DNA of 62,406 nt, counting the filler, from Stramenopiles sp. TOSAG23-2 (taxonomy: Eukaryota): NCBI GenBank assembly GCA_900128395.1. It is 7 parts of 7 records of this genome, joined end to end, with 100 filler letters (N's around TTAATTAATTAA, not from the genome) between each part and the next. Parts side by side here need not be neighbours in the genome. Positions count along the whole stretch, not along the records: positions 27,116 to 54,091 come from LT649424.1; 6 more parts are not named here. One strand, written 5' to 3'. The translations under genes and the position numbers were made by a program. This document shows, one piece after another, positions 35,072 through 46,328 of the stretch. The notes under the pieces were generated by a model. That model saw only the letters and a list, made by a program, of their open reading frames with translations, did no database searches and was not told the DNA's origin. Each line of letters opens with the position of its first letter. The first letter of the stretch is position 1.

Positions 35072-35988
35072 TATTTGATAAATATTCATAAAATGAATAA
35101 AATATTTTTAAAATCCTGGAATGAATGAATGAATGGTGTATGTTTAAAAACTTGTGTTAGTATGTATATGAAGAGCGTATGCATATAAATTACATTTAAG
35201 ATTAAATAAAAAATAAGTTTTATGATTAAATTATTTAAAAAAATAAGAAACATTTTGTTGTAATATCTCTTCCAATTGAATAATTTGTATGTTTCAATTA
35301 TCTTTAGACAATTTGCAAGTAAATGTTTTTTTTTTTTTTAAATAATAGTAACAATCATATAGCTGGATAGATAGCACCATACGAAAACGACGAATATAAT
35401 CAAATTTTTATCACATTAACTCTATTGACATAATCCCTTAAATTAACCTGTTCTCTTTTTTTTGTCACTAGTTCACCATCGAATTACAGTATCATTAACA
35501 CTGATGTGTCAGTAGTTCAGTTGACAGTATTATAGGTCTTAAGGCTACGTTGACAGTAGATGGAATAATGCATTTTAACGGAGAATCATCAGCAAACAAC
35601 AGTAAGTAGTATATGCGTCCGAGAAACATGCAGAACAGCTTTTTTTAATGTTAGAAAAATGTCATTAATATTTACAGTTTTTTATTCAATGCTGTTGTCC
35701 TTCCAGCCTGGCTGTCCATTGTTGGTATTAATAAAAGGTATTATTAATTATTACCAGGTAATATATTATAACAGTGAAACGACAAGAAGCACAGGAGCAC
35801 TACCACAGCTACAGCTATTATTGTCTTGCTACTTTAACTTTTTTTTTTTTTTCTACCAATGCACCAACAATATTATTATAGATATAATCTAAATAAACAT
35901 ATGTATACAATATATTTGTAGAGATACATAATAGATATTATGTTTAATACCATACCCTTTAATTTAACCAATAAAACAATTCACTAAG

Positions 35989-35995
35989 ATGTCAA

Positions 35996-36029
<34 letters not shown>

Positions 36030-37134
36030 GCGACAGAGGTTATCAAAAATACACACTGAAAAGGAAACAGCATATACAACCATTACATTTGATGGGAATG
36101 AAAAAGTACCAGGAATTAAGAGAAAGGTATATAATTTACGAAGTGTTCAAACGTTGAACCAGGAATTGAAGCAAAGGAGATGCAATTTAGTGTGGTACCG
36201 GCTACCACAGGCGGAAGTAGAAGAGTATAGGAGTAAAAGCATTAATTATTTTGATAATAAAAATATTAGTGATATACTTTTATCTAATTTTACCTCTTGC
36301 CCCTCCACTATTAGCAAAACCATTCTGTACCACAAGATTAGATGGAAAAACACCGAATTATCTTCTAAAAATTTCAATGAGAACCTCTTCCAACCAATAT
36401 TCACTGGTTTGGTACCACCACCAGGAAATATGGGAACAGAAGAATCATCAAATGAGTATGTTGCATCTATTGATAAAAAAAGGCATGTAGCTCCAGTGTT
36501 GGTGGGTGGAAATTATGATGATATATTGGTTCTCCCTATCAGTATATCACAAATTGTTGCATCAGCATTAGGAAGAAGTGTTGAAAATTCAGTGATATTG
36601 AAAAAAGAAGAGGAAGAACTATTTATAAAGCACATAAAAGTTATTGGGTCAACAGTATTAACATTGCCAGGAGCAAGGCGGCAATGGTACCATCGCGACT
36701 CAAAACCAATAGCAAATAAGAAGTTGATAGATTTGGTAAGTGGTAAGAATATAAGAAATGATAATACAATACCAGACTTAAGTTTTTATTTTCCGCTTAC
36801 TGATCGATGGTTATTAATGTATGATATAGACAACGACAAACATTATAAATTGCATGTTAAAGTAGGTGAATTCTTGATTTTGTAAGTACAAATTTCTTCT
36901 TCAACATGTTCAATCCATCGTACATATTTAAACCATCTAACCAAAAGTTTATATACCCCCATATATATTAATTACAAAAGCGACTCATTTAAATTCAGTC
37001 ATGCTGGGTACTGGAAAAATGAAAACGATACAACAATTGATGCATTATTTTTTTGCTATTTGGATTACCCATTGAAGAGAAGAAATAACGAATATGTTAA
37101 TTTTGAACCAAAACTTTACAAGCATGTAATGTAA
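35989..37134 (+). CDS. PhyH-like 2OG-Fe(II) oxygenase; join(35989..36881,36981..37134), 348 aa
   Basis: TLPGARRQWYHRD (HxD). The GT-AG intron at 36882-36980 completes GEFLIFDSFKFSHAG with the distal His. Confidence 0.75.
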
Positions 37135-37175
37135 AACCCTTACGTTGTGTAAAATCTGAATTTAAAAAATCCATA

Positions 37176-37527
37176 TCATGCAGCATTGTAAAAAGAGACG
37201 TATAATTTTTTATATAAATAAAATATTTTTAATTTCGTAAAAACTTTATGGCCTTTCGGCCAATCTTTCTTTCTTCCAATATGTCTTTCTTCTACTCTAC
37301 GTACAGATTCATCATGTATTTGTTTAAGATCAACACCTGGTGTAGTTTTTGCAATTGCAATCGCGCGTTTTGCCACATCATCAATGGAACCGCCTTGTTT
37401 CACCACTTCTGGATGAAATGGAATAACTTCAGCAATGACATCTTTTTCAATTTCTTTCGCTTCCGCTTGTTTCTCCGCTTTTTCTTCTGCTTTTTTTCTT
37501 GTCTCTGTAATTTTTCGTTGCTTGATA
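37176..37527 (-). CDS. Hypothetical protein fragment (charged, helical)
   Basis: Open frame IKQRKITETRKKAEEK...EVIPFHPEVVKQGGSIDDVAKRAI after a CAG acceptor-like site. No 5' exon found. Confidence 0.35.
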
Positions 37528-37615
37528 CTGTATAATTAATTTAGCACATGCCCACATTTCTTTTTCTGGCCGTGTTTTCTTTTTTTTTCTAAATACGACT
37601 CGTATAACATTTTTT

Positions 37616-38487
37616 TCAATCACCTTTCTTCTTCGTTGTCCCTTCTTCATCACTATTATTAGTACATTGTTTTTTCAAATAATATGCAATTACGGATATC
37701 AAGACAAGTAAGGTACCCAAATGCCAATTTGAGTTATTAAGTCCCTTCTTCATCACTATTATTAGTACATTGTTTTTTCAAATAATATGCAATTACGGAT
37801 ATCAAGACAAGTAAGGTACCCAAATGCCAATTTGAGTTATTAAATGCCATTTCAACTTTTAAATTTTTACTTCTCCATTTTCCATCACTCATTTTTACAA
37901 ATTTATGATTGTACCATCCACCGCAAGTAAAAAAAGGTTTGTATGGGATATATACAAGATTCATTGGGTTAAAAAACATAGCCCTAACTTCTACGTTTTC
38001 TTGATCAATATAATTAACTATTTGTATATTTGATATTAAATGTTGTGATGCTGAAAAATATTGAAATACCGTTTCTAACCATTGTTTCATTTCAACAACA
38101 GTCCCATATGATCCTCCACTAGCTCGATAATCAATCATTGCATCTTTTGTAAATAAATCAGGAAATAATTCCCATTGTTTATGATCTACAGTGGATGCAT
38201 ATCGTGAAAACCAATCTGTAATTTGGATATAATCTTCAATATCTAAAACCAAAGGCGTTTTAGAATTTTTCTTTTTGAAATAATTCCCATTGTTTATGAT
38301 CTACAGTGGATGCATATCGTGAAAACCAATCTGTAATTTGGATATAATCTTCAATATCTAAAACCAAAGGCGTTTTAGAATTTTTCTTTTTTTTTTCTGC
38401 ACATGTACTTGTTGTTGTAAATATTGTCAATACAACTATAAATAGACATGTTGTTGTTGTTGTTGTTAATAGATTATTTACTTTCAT
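37616..38487 (-). CDS. SnoaL-like/NTF2-family protein with signal peptide and C-terminal TM (split by two tandem duplications)
   Basis: ITDWFSRYASTVDHKQW..LFTKDA...SQHLISN...GGWY...DGKWR (SnoaL_4-like). Removing one copy of each duplication (37638-37841, 38165-38390) gives one ORF from ATG 38487 to ...DEEGTTKKKGD-TGA at 37616. Confidence 0.85.
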
Positions 38488-39388
38488 TTTATATATATAT
38501 TTAAAATATTCGTCCGCGGGGGGTTATATATCTTTCTGGGTTTTTTTTATTTCTTCCAATGGTTAGCAACAGCAATTATATTTATATTTTCACAACACAA
38601 TCAAATCTTTTTTTTCTGTTTTCTGTAATTCAACTTATTTGGCTTTTTTGTTGATGAAAAAATAATTGACCAATTTAAATTGACCATCATCAGGTTAAGG
38701 TTAAATACGATTTACTCATACGATTTACTCATATCCCCAAGTCTTACCATTTTCCTCAAAGAGAAAATTACCAAAAATGGAGACACTCTCCATAAAAAGG
38801 TATTTCATGTGTGCATTATTTATACCTGTGTATAATATTAGAAGTTTCATTTATAATATATTATAGCTTTTATTTTTAATTAATTTACTTTTTTTTTATA
38901 TTCTTCCTCCTTTCTTCTTCCGTCTCTCCTGTCATCTCCTCTTGTTTGAAATATACAATATGTATTTCTACATACGCACACCTTTATACAATTAACTAAT
39001 TTTATTTTCAATTGATTTTATGTTTTTTTTTTAAAAATTTGTGTACGTATTTTTAAAAAACATGGCAGAGAATCGTTTCATTCGCAATTTTCACTGTATG
39101 TATTGTATTCATGATTATTTATTTCTTGTTCAATCTTTCATAATATGTTCTATCTGCTTTATCATTTTTTATTTACACATTGGCGAAGAAAACAAATGGT
39201 TTACAACCGCAACAAATTTGTCGTATCAATAAAAACAAAATCTTTTAACCAAACACATGTAATTGTCTGTAATATTTTAGCAGATAAAGTAACATCTATT
39301 TTGGCTGGATTAAAATGTTCCTTATTTACCTTTCAGACAAGATATTATCCGGTTTCCATTGTCAATAGCATTGAAAAATTCTATGTTT

Positions 39389-40531
39389 TTAAGTTACCGG
39401 AGGACTTCTTGGTGAAGGTGGTCGAAATATACCCTGGAACAGCACCTTATCGCAAACAGTGTTATTTGGAGTAGACCTACCTGTATTCATGTCTGTAGGT
39501 ACAGTATCTTCATCCGTAATATCATCGTCATCATTTTCATCATGTACATTGACATATTGTTCATGTCTAATCGTTTTTTGACTACCGTCTTTTAATGTTC
39601 GTGTAACTGTAACTTTATTTAAATCATTGAACGGAACAGTTGTATATACCGTTTTACATTGAAGCGATTGCAAATATTTTACCACCTTTAAACGATACCA
39701 CAACTCTGTCCCAGGCTGGTACAACTTTCCAAAATTATAAGTAAAAAAGTGTAAGGCATAGTCAAGCAAAGAGCCAACGCCTTCATGCACAACCTCATTC
39801 ATTAAAACAGATCCCTCATGTTTCAACGCATACTTTACCAAAAACGACAGCAATTCAAAGCCATTTTCATCTTTACAGTTGCAAACAGCTGCATGCAACA
39901 TGTTCAGTTGGGGGTCGCGATGAAACAAAAGTGTAGGACTACCATTTATTTCTTCATCCACTTTCAACAAATATTTAACTATATGTTGTTTCCCGAAATA
40001 TATAGCTGTAAAAAAGCTACAGTAATACAACGGCGTTTGTGTATTGCTTCCTTGCAGCGTTAAACAGCGAAGAAACTGTTCAGTTCCGCGGGTGTATTTC
40101 ACAAATTTACGCATAAATGGCATATCTCCTCTTTCGCATGCTACGCATATATGGGTGCCTCCTTTGTATTGTCGATCATACTGTAAAAAAAGATTGTTTG
40201 TACTATAATATTTCATTTTTCCAACTAAATCTTTCTTATATGCATCTACCGTGTTGCCACCGTGCAAGATGGTAAATTGTTTAATAAACGAAGTTAATGT
40301 TAAACTATGCATATCAGATGCCATTAGATAATCGAATATAACTATCTCCGCTAGTTTTTCCGGTAAAATAATAAGAAAATGGTATGAAGGGTACCATGAT
40401 TCAATCCTTTGTTGTATTTCTAATTGGCTTCTACACAATGTAGAAGGTTTTGAATATTGATTTTTACCGATGGATTTATGGCTTAATTTATTATTTTCGT
40501 GTGCATCATGTTGTTCCAATTTAGAAAGCAT
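39389..40531 (-). CDS. Divergent ankyrin-repeat protein
   Basis: GTHICVACERGDM (compare TPIVCACEHGRM at 2-535), HIVKYLL, NMLHAAV, SLLDYA. Confidence 0.7.
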   Translation of the reverse strand: MLSKLEQHDAHENNKLSHKSIGKNQYSKPSTLCRSQLEIQQRIESWYPSYHFLIILPEKLAEIVIFDYLMASDMHSLTLTSFIKQFTILHGGNTVDAYKKDLVGKMKYYSTNNLFLQYDRQYKGGTHICVACERGDMPFMRKFVKYTRGTEQFLRCLTLQGSNTQTPLYYCSFFTAIYFGKQHIVKYLLKVDEEINGSPTLLFHRDPQLNMLHAAVCNCKDENGFELLSFLVKYALKHEGSVLMNEVVHEGVGSLLDYALHFFTYNFGKLYQPGTELWYRLKVVKYLQSLQCKTVYTTVPFNDLNKVTVTRTLKDGSQKTIRHEQYVNVHDENDDDDITDEDTVPTDMNTGRSTPNNTVCDKVLFQGIFRPPSPRSPPVT

Positions 40532-41354
40532 TTATACATACACAATATTGATCTCTCCCTTTCTATGTATTTATATTTGTATTTAGTTACGTAGAATATT
40601 CTCGAATATATTTGTATATGTTGTATTAAATATAGTGAATGTGTATTGTATATATATTTGTTATATGTATCTTGTTCTTTTATCTATTTAATCGATGTCT
40701 ATCAAGTCTAACTGTAGTATTAATATTTTTAAATAGTAGAGTGAGGGTGCTTAACGAGATTTTCGCGAAAAATAAAAAGGACATCATCCCACAAGTATGG
40801 GATATGGGAGGTGGTTTTTAGTATAATATAATAGAGGCCGTCAGCATCTACTCTAAAATGACCAGATCAAGGGTGGGTGTGTAAAGAGGTAGTTTTATTA
40901 TTCTAGTGCTGTGTACATGTATATTTCCATAAAAAAAAATAGGGACGCTCGTAATATTCTAGTGCTGTGTACATGTATATTTCCATAAAAAAAAGTAGTC
41001 GTGATTTTATAGTGCTGTGTACCTGTGTAATCCTTACATATCGAGGAGGCCTAAAAAATTCATTCACTTTTGTTTTGGCTTTATTTATTTTACCAAATAG
41101 ACACTTCTAACACCAATATACAAATATTTCCGATCAAATTAAGTAATATTATATTGTTGTACTGTGAAACACAGATATTAAAATACTATATTAAAAATCC
41201 ACTATTGTCATCATTAATGATATATGTTTTTAATAATTATTTTCTTTCGACCAAACAAAACAAAACAAAACAAAACAAAAATATAGTTATGTATATACAT
41301 AATAGATGACAACATAGTTGATGTATTATATATTATAATACAAACAATACAAAC

Positions 41355-43811
41355 ATGAACAAATTCATTGAAAATATAAAAGAGCAAGAGCATTATACAC
41401 TAGAAAGGTTTAATTTTCGTGATGATGATGATGATTATAGTGCCAGATTTAGGAACATCAACAATTCTGAATATGTATCACCACCAGCTAAAAAAGCAAG
41501 AACAGATTTTTTCCAATCAAGACCTTCAACGTTACAAATGCAACAACAACAACAACAACGTACATCTTCCTCTCCAATTGTTGATGCAAATTCTTTTTTA
41601 AAAGGTTTAGTGAATGATTTTCCACCAGAAGTCGCACAAGCACATGATAAAACTGCTAGCGTTGGTGTCACCAAAGATGGGTCCATCAACGGAGGACTGC
41701 TTCCCGTATGGAACAACTTAACCAAGCAAATTATACGTACACCCTTGCCTCCTGGTTTGCAACATCCCGCAAATTTAATTGTATCTGCAAGGAAAAATGA
41801 CGATATTTACAACGGGTTAATACATGAAGCACGTGAAGGACAAGACGAATATCTTCAAAAGTTTAAAAATCCAATGCCAATTTCAACTAAAGAGCATTCC
41901 ATGAATCAACTTCTTAAATCATATTTACAAGATAAAGATCCAAATGATGTTGACTATGATTCAGTAATCAAGTACGTATATTCAAAGACGTCTCATGGAG
42001 GAGAAAAAGTAAATGGTATGAATATTTTCAAAGCAAAATATCAATTGGAAATCCAAAGTAAGGTTGATGCATACGTTACAAATAAAGAACATAACCCAAT
42101 GCAAGATACAATAATTGTCAAAGATATTGATGCCCTTAATTCAACTACGGAAGTTGATGAGGAAAATGAACAAAACGACTCTAATATCAAATCTCCTCCT
42201 GTAATTGATCTCTGCAATGACAATATTGTTGATGAGGATAGGAAGATGGATAGTACGACTACTACCCCTACAGATGGGAATACGTCAACTATTATCGATG
42301 GGGAAAGTAATTCGCAAAATATTGAAAAAATATTGACTGACGAGCAGTTAACATCTGGTGTTGCAAATTTTATTTTAGACAAAGGTCCTAGTCAAAAATT
42401 TAAAGTATTACGAAATTATTTGGAAAACATGTTTCAAGTTCCGTCCTTACGAATACACGATCGTCAGATTAAAGATATTGCAATAAGACTAGCAAATGAT
42501 ATGATGCAGGTTGATGCATACGTTACAAATAAAGAACATAACCCAATGCAAGATACAATAATTGTCAAAGATATTGATGCCCTTAATTCAACTACGGAAG
42601 TTGATGAGGAAAATGAACAAAACGACTCTAATATCAAATCTCCTCCTGTAATTGATCTCTGCAATGACAATATTGTTGATGAGGATAGGAAGATGGATAG
42701 TACGACTACTACCCCTACAGATGGGAATACGTCAACTATTATCGATGTGGACGAAAATACATCCATGTATGAAAGTGATTCTGCAGAAAATTCGCAAAAA
42801 CAATCAAATTTCATGGAAACGACATTTGTACAAGGTGATGACAACGATGAAAAAGATGAAGATGCATTGAATGATCATATTCAACACAGCAATTTTAAAA
42901 AATATTTTCAATCTAACTATGAGAAAAGAGATCGACGTAGAAAAGCAGCAGAAAAGAAAGCATTAACTTCCACTAGTATCAATGGGGAAAGTAATTTGCA
43001 AATTAGTGAAAAAATATTGACTGACGAGCAGTTAACATCTGGTGTTGCAAATTTTATTTTAGACAAAGGTCCTAGCCAAAAATTTAAAGTATTACGAAAC
43101 TATTTAGAAAATATGTTTCAAGTTCCGTCCTTACAAATACACGAACGTCAGATCAAAGATATTGCAATAAGACTAGCAAATGATATGATGCAAAGCAACG
43201 ATGGAGGGGGAAATGATTCTGCAGAAAATTCGCAAAAACAATCAAATTTCATGGAAACGACATTTGTACAAGGTGATGACAACGATGAAAAAGATGAAGA
43301 TGCATTGAATGATCATATTCAACACAGCAATTTTAAAAAATATTTTCAATCTAACTATGAGAAAAGAGATCGACGTAGAAAAGCAGCAGAAAAGAAAGCA
43401 TTAACTTCCACTAGTATCAATGGGGAAAGTAATTTGCAAATTAGTGAAAAAATATTGACTGACGAGCAGTTAACGTCTGGAGTTGCCAATTTTATTTTAG
43501 ACAAAGGTCCTAGCCAAAAATTTAAAGTATTACGAAACTATTTAGAAAATATGTTTCAAGTTCCGTCCTTACAAATACACGAACGTCAGATCAAAGATAT
43601 TGCAATAAGACTAGCAAATGATATGATGCAAAGCAACGATGGAGGGGGAAATGATTCTGCAGAAAATTCGCAAAAACAATCAAATTTCATGGAAGAGACA
43701 TTTGTACAAGGTGATGACGACGATGAAAAAGATGAAGATGCAGTGAATGATCATATTCAACACAGCAATTTTAAAAAATATTTTCAATCTAACTATGAGA
43801 AAAGAGATTGA
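41355..43811 (+). CDS. Tandem-repeat protein with DEK-C-like helical modules (probably the 5' part of a larger gene)
   Basis: Three full and one partial ILTDEQLTSGVANFILDK...VLRNYLENMFQVPSL..H.RQIKDIA modules. The stop is TGA where sister repeats have CGA. Confidence 0.7.
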   Translation: MNKFIENIKEQEHYTLERFNFRDDDDDYSARFRNINNSEYVSPPAKKARTDFFQSRPSTLQMQQQQQQRTSSSPIVDANSFLKGLVNDFPPEVAQAHDKTASVGVTKDGSINGGLLPVWNNLTKQIIRTPLPPGLQHPANLIVSARKNDDIYNGLIHEAREGQDEYLQKFKNPMPISTKEHSMNQLLKSYLQDKDPNDVDYDSVIKYVYSKTSHGGEKVNGMNIFKAKYQLEIQSKVDAYVTNKEHNPMQDTIIVKDIDALNSTTEVDEENEQNDSNIKSPPVIDLCNDNIVDEDRKMDSTTTTPTDGNTSTIIDGESNSQNIEKILTDEQLTSGVANFILDKGPSQKFKVLRNYLENMFQVPSLRIHDRQIKDIAIRLANDMMQVDAYVTNKEHNPMQDTIIVKDIDALNSTTEVDEENEQNDSNIKSPPVIDLCNDNIVDEDRKMDSTTTTPTDGNTSTIIDVDENTSMYESDSAENSQKQSNFMETTFVQGDDNDEKDEDALNDHIQHSNFKKYFQSNYEKRDRRRKAAEKKALTSTSINGESNLQISEKILTDEQLTSGVANFILDKGPSQKFKVLRNYLENMFQVPSLQIHERQIKDIAIRLANDMMQSNDGGGNDSAENSQKQSNFMETTFVQGDDNDEKDEDALNDHIQHSNFKKYFQSNYEKRDRRRKAAEKKALTSTSINGESNLQISEKILTDEQLTSGVANFILDKGPSQKFKVLRNYLENMFQVPSLQIHERQIKDIAIRLANDMMQSNDGGGNDSAENSQKQSNFMEETFVQGDDDDEKDEDAVNDHIQHSNFKKYFQSNYEKRD

Positions 43812-43960
43812 CGTAGAAAAGCAGCAGAAAAGAAAGCATTAACTTCCACTAGTATCAATGGGGAAAGTAATTTGCAAATTAGTGAAAAAATATTGACTGA
43901 CGAGCAGTTAACGTCTGGAGTTGCCAATTTTATTTTAGACAAAGGTCCTAGCCAAAAATT
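42063..43960 (+). repeat. Coding tandem repeats (447-nt, then 438-nt periods)
   Basis: GTTGATGCATACG at 42063 and 42510; GATTCTGCAGAAAATTCG at 42777, 43215 and 43653. Copies differ by scattered substitutions. Confidence 0.95.
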
Positions 43961-44032
43961 TGTAATCCCATTCACCAAGAAGGCCCCAGGAAGCAAATTA
44001 GAACAACAAGGAAAATTATTACCAACCAATGG

Positions 44033-45691
44033 TCTGGAGTTGCCAATTTTATTTTAGACAAAGGTCCTAGCCAAAAATTTAAAGTACCATTCACCAAGAA
44101 GGCCCCAGGAAGCAAATTAGAACAACAAGGAAAATTATTACCAACCAATGTTTACAAAGTGCGTACTGGTGCAGTTCAAAAATATGGAGTTTCAATGAAG
44201 TTTCATGAAAAGTTCCTATACATTGGGGCAGCATATTGCACTCCAGAAGATGCCGGAAAAGTTGCATCTGCTTTCAGGAAAAGTGCTCAGATTGATCCTC
44301 ATACTGGTTGTATATGCTTTACTGAGAACTTTGGAAAAAAATACAAAGATATTTATGTAAATCGATATTTACCATATACTTCTACTAAAGAGAAAGTGAG
44401 GGTTGTCAATTTTCTATCCAATTGGTTAAAAAAGTATAACGCCAAACAACAAGGAAAATTATTACCAACCAATGTTTACAAAGTGCGTACTGGTGCAGTT
44501 CAAAAATATGGAGTTTCAATGAAGTTTCATGAAAAGTTCCTATACATTGGGGCAGCATATTGCACTCCAGAAGATGCCGGAAAAGTTGCATCTGCTTTCA
44601 GGAAAAGTGCTCAGATTGATCCTCATACTGGTTGTATATGCTTTACTGAGAACTTTGGAAAAAAATACAAAGATATTTATGTAAATCGATATTTAGCATA
44701 TACTTCTACTAAAGAGAAAGTGAGGGTTGTCGATTTTCTATCCAATTGGTTAAAAAAGTATAACGCCAACGATAAGAGTAGATCCACATTACCAAGAAAT
44801 GTATACAGAAATGTATACCATTGTCAGAACAATCTAGCAAAAACTGGTATAAATTCCCAAAATAGGTTTGGAGCGAAGTTACATTTTTGTAAACTTAACA
44901 TTTGGCTGGGCGGAGCATTTGCATCAGCTGCTGATGCATATGCTGTTGTCTTAGCATTCGAAAATTGCGCCCATGCTTTCAATAGGCATATTTTTTTTGA
45001 TAAGTTATTGGATACATACAAAAATACATATATATATGTATTCTGCCAAACTGAGAAAAATAAAATTAGCATATTTAATTTTTTAATCAACTGGATTGAT
45101 AAAAGATACTGCCCAATGCCACGCCCACTACCATGCACAAGGCAACGTCCAAGCCCACGCCCAAGGCCACACCCTCAATTACAGGTTCCTATGGTTGATG
45201 TGAAAGGGAAAAAGTGTATCATTTGGGGCAACTGCCCTGTATGGCAAAATGGTACACTTGTTTCTGTCGCAGATGGGCCCATCACAACAACAGGCAAACG
45301 ATTCAAAAAAGTTCAACAAAATCTTCTTCATCTTGGGGCAATAGAAGTAGCATTTGATAATTTATTTGACACATGCCACTGTGCAAAGCAGAGTGGCATG
45401 TGGATACCTTGCGGCCGTGCAAGAGATGCTGTGTGGGGAAGCAATCCAGCCATGCGAAAGCATGAAATTGAAAAAGCAAAGAAAAAATTTTTTTCAATGC
45501 AAAAAAATTTTCAACTGAATATTTTTTGTGGTGTAGCTGCATTTGAACAGCTGGAGGGGTTAGGAAGGTATACACGAGAAAACTGGTATTGGGGAGAATT
45601 GGCGCCTGGTATATATATACTTCCACACTTATGTGGGAGGAATACATTAAAGCCATGGAAAATGATGTTCCCAGGTATAGAGTTCAATTGA
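44033..45691 (+). CDS. Protein with three AP2-like modules and a C-terminal UDG-superfamily-like domain
   Basis: KYGVSMKFHEKFLYIGAAYCTPEDAGKV occurs twice (324-nt repeat, 44123/44447), plus RFGAKLHFCKLNIWLGGAFASAADAYAV. The C-terminus has IIWGNCP, IFCGVAA and YILPHLCGRN. The frame is open upstream of GTG 44159 to about 44033. Confidence 0.6.
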   Translation, partial: SGVANFILDKGPSQKFKVPFTKKAPGSKLEQQGKLLPTNVYKVRTGAVQKYGVSMKFHEKFLYIGAAYCTPEDAGKVASAFRKSAQIDPHTGCICFTENFGKKYKDIYVNRYLPYTSTKEKVRVVNFLSNWLKKYNAKQQGKLLPTNVYKVRTGAVQKYGVSMKFHEKFLYIGAAYCTPEDAGKVASAFRKSAQIDPHTGCICFTENFGKKYKDIYVNRYLAYTSTKEKVRVVDFLSNWLKKYNANDKSRSTLPRNVYRNVYHCQNNLAKTGINSQNRFGAKLHFCKLNIWLGGAFASAADAYAVVLAFENCAHAFNRHIFFDKLLDTYKNTYIYVFCQTEKNKISIFNFLINWIDKRYCPMPRPLPCTRQRPSPRPRPHPQLQVPMVDVKGKKCIIWGNCPVWQNGTLVSVADGPITTTGKRFKKVQQNLLHLGAIEVAFDNLFDTCHCAKQSGMWIPCGRARDAVWGSNPAMRKHEIEKAKKKFFSMQKNFQLNIFCGVAAFEQLEGLGRYTRENWYWGELAPGIYILPHLCGRNTLKPWKMMFPGIEFN

Positions 45692-45724
45692 ACAGAGAGA
45701 TTAAATATCTGGAGAAAGTAGAAA

Positions 45725-45850
45725 GTAAATTATCATTGTTTTGATTTTTTATAAACGAATAATAGTGACCACCATTAGCACTCCCGGAATGAATGACAAT
45801 ACCTTTTAACCTATAGCTTGAATTTCCATCCTCTTCGGAGGCAGAATTAT
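45725..45850 (-). pseudogene. Ubiquitin-specific protease (C19) His-box fragment
   Basis: YRLKGIVIHSGSANGGHYYSFIK. No Cys box and no downstream W..FND motif. Confidence 0.75.
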
Positions 45851-46000
45851 TATATATTTGATAGTCGGTGTGATGGTAGAGTAAGAAATGGTTGTCATAC
45901 TGCTTTCCGTGACCCAACTGGACCTAATGTACATAGACATTCCATTGAAGTAAGGTGTCTAGTAACATTACCACCGCAATCAAAATTAGCAAAAATGTAA
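45848..46000 (+). pseudogene. C-terminal fragment of a CmcJ/NvfI/AsaB-like oxygenase
   Basis: IFDSRCDGRVRNGCHTAFRDPTGPNVHRHSIEVRCLV matches the FDS..DGR...HTAF.DP....R.SIEVR motif. Ends in PTS1-like AKM. Confidence 0.65.
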
Positions 46001-46328
46001 ATAGAGAGGAGAAAAATGTCTTTTTGTGTGATGGTGTCAGAGATAAATTTAAACGTTTACGAAAAGACAAAAAACGTTAGTGTGTATATATAAAAAATTC
46101 TCTTACTTAAAATTTTAAAAAGATTTTATTTACTCATAAATATATATAATATGTAAACACTAAAAACGATGAATACTTATAATAATATGTCAAAAGTAAT
46201 TTCATAAAATGGAAAATTAATGGAATATTGATTTCCGTATTTAAAAAATCCCGTTATGCTTATGCCCCAGTCCTCATCATGGAAGTTCTCAATTCTTGTA
46301 TGGCACACATCATCGCAACATCCAAAAT

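Noticed and set aside
38260-38487. Separate 75-aa paralogue of the SnoaL gene
   Set aside because: It is the 5' end of the same gene, cut off by a ~114-nt duplication.
43809-43811. TGA recoding (selenocysteine or alternative genetic code)
   Set aside because: The aligned residue in sister repeats is Arg (CGA), and TGA serves as a normal stop elsewhere (2481, 37616, 46329).
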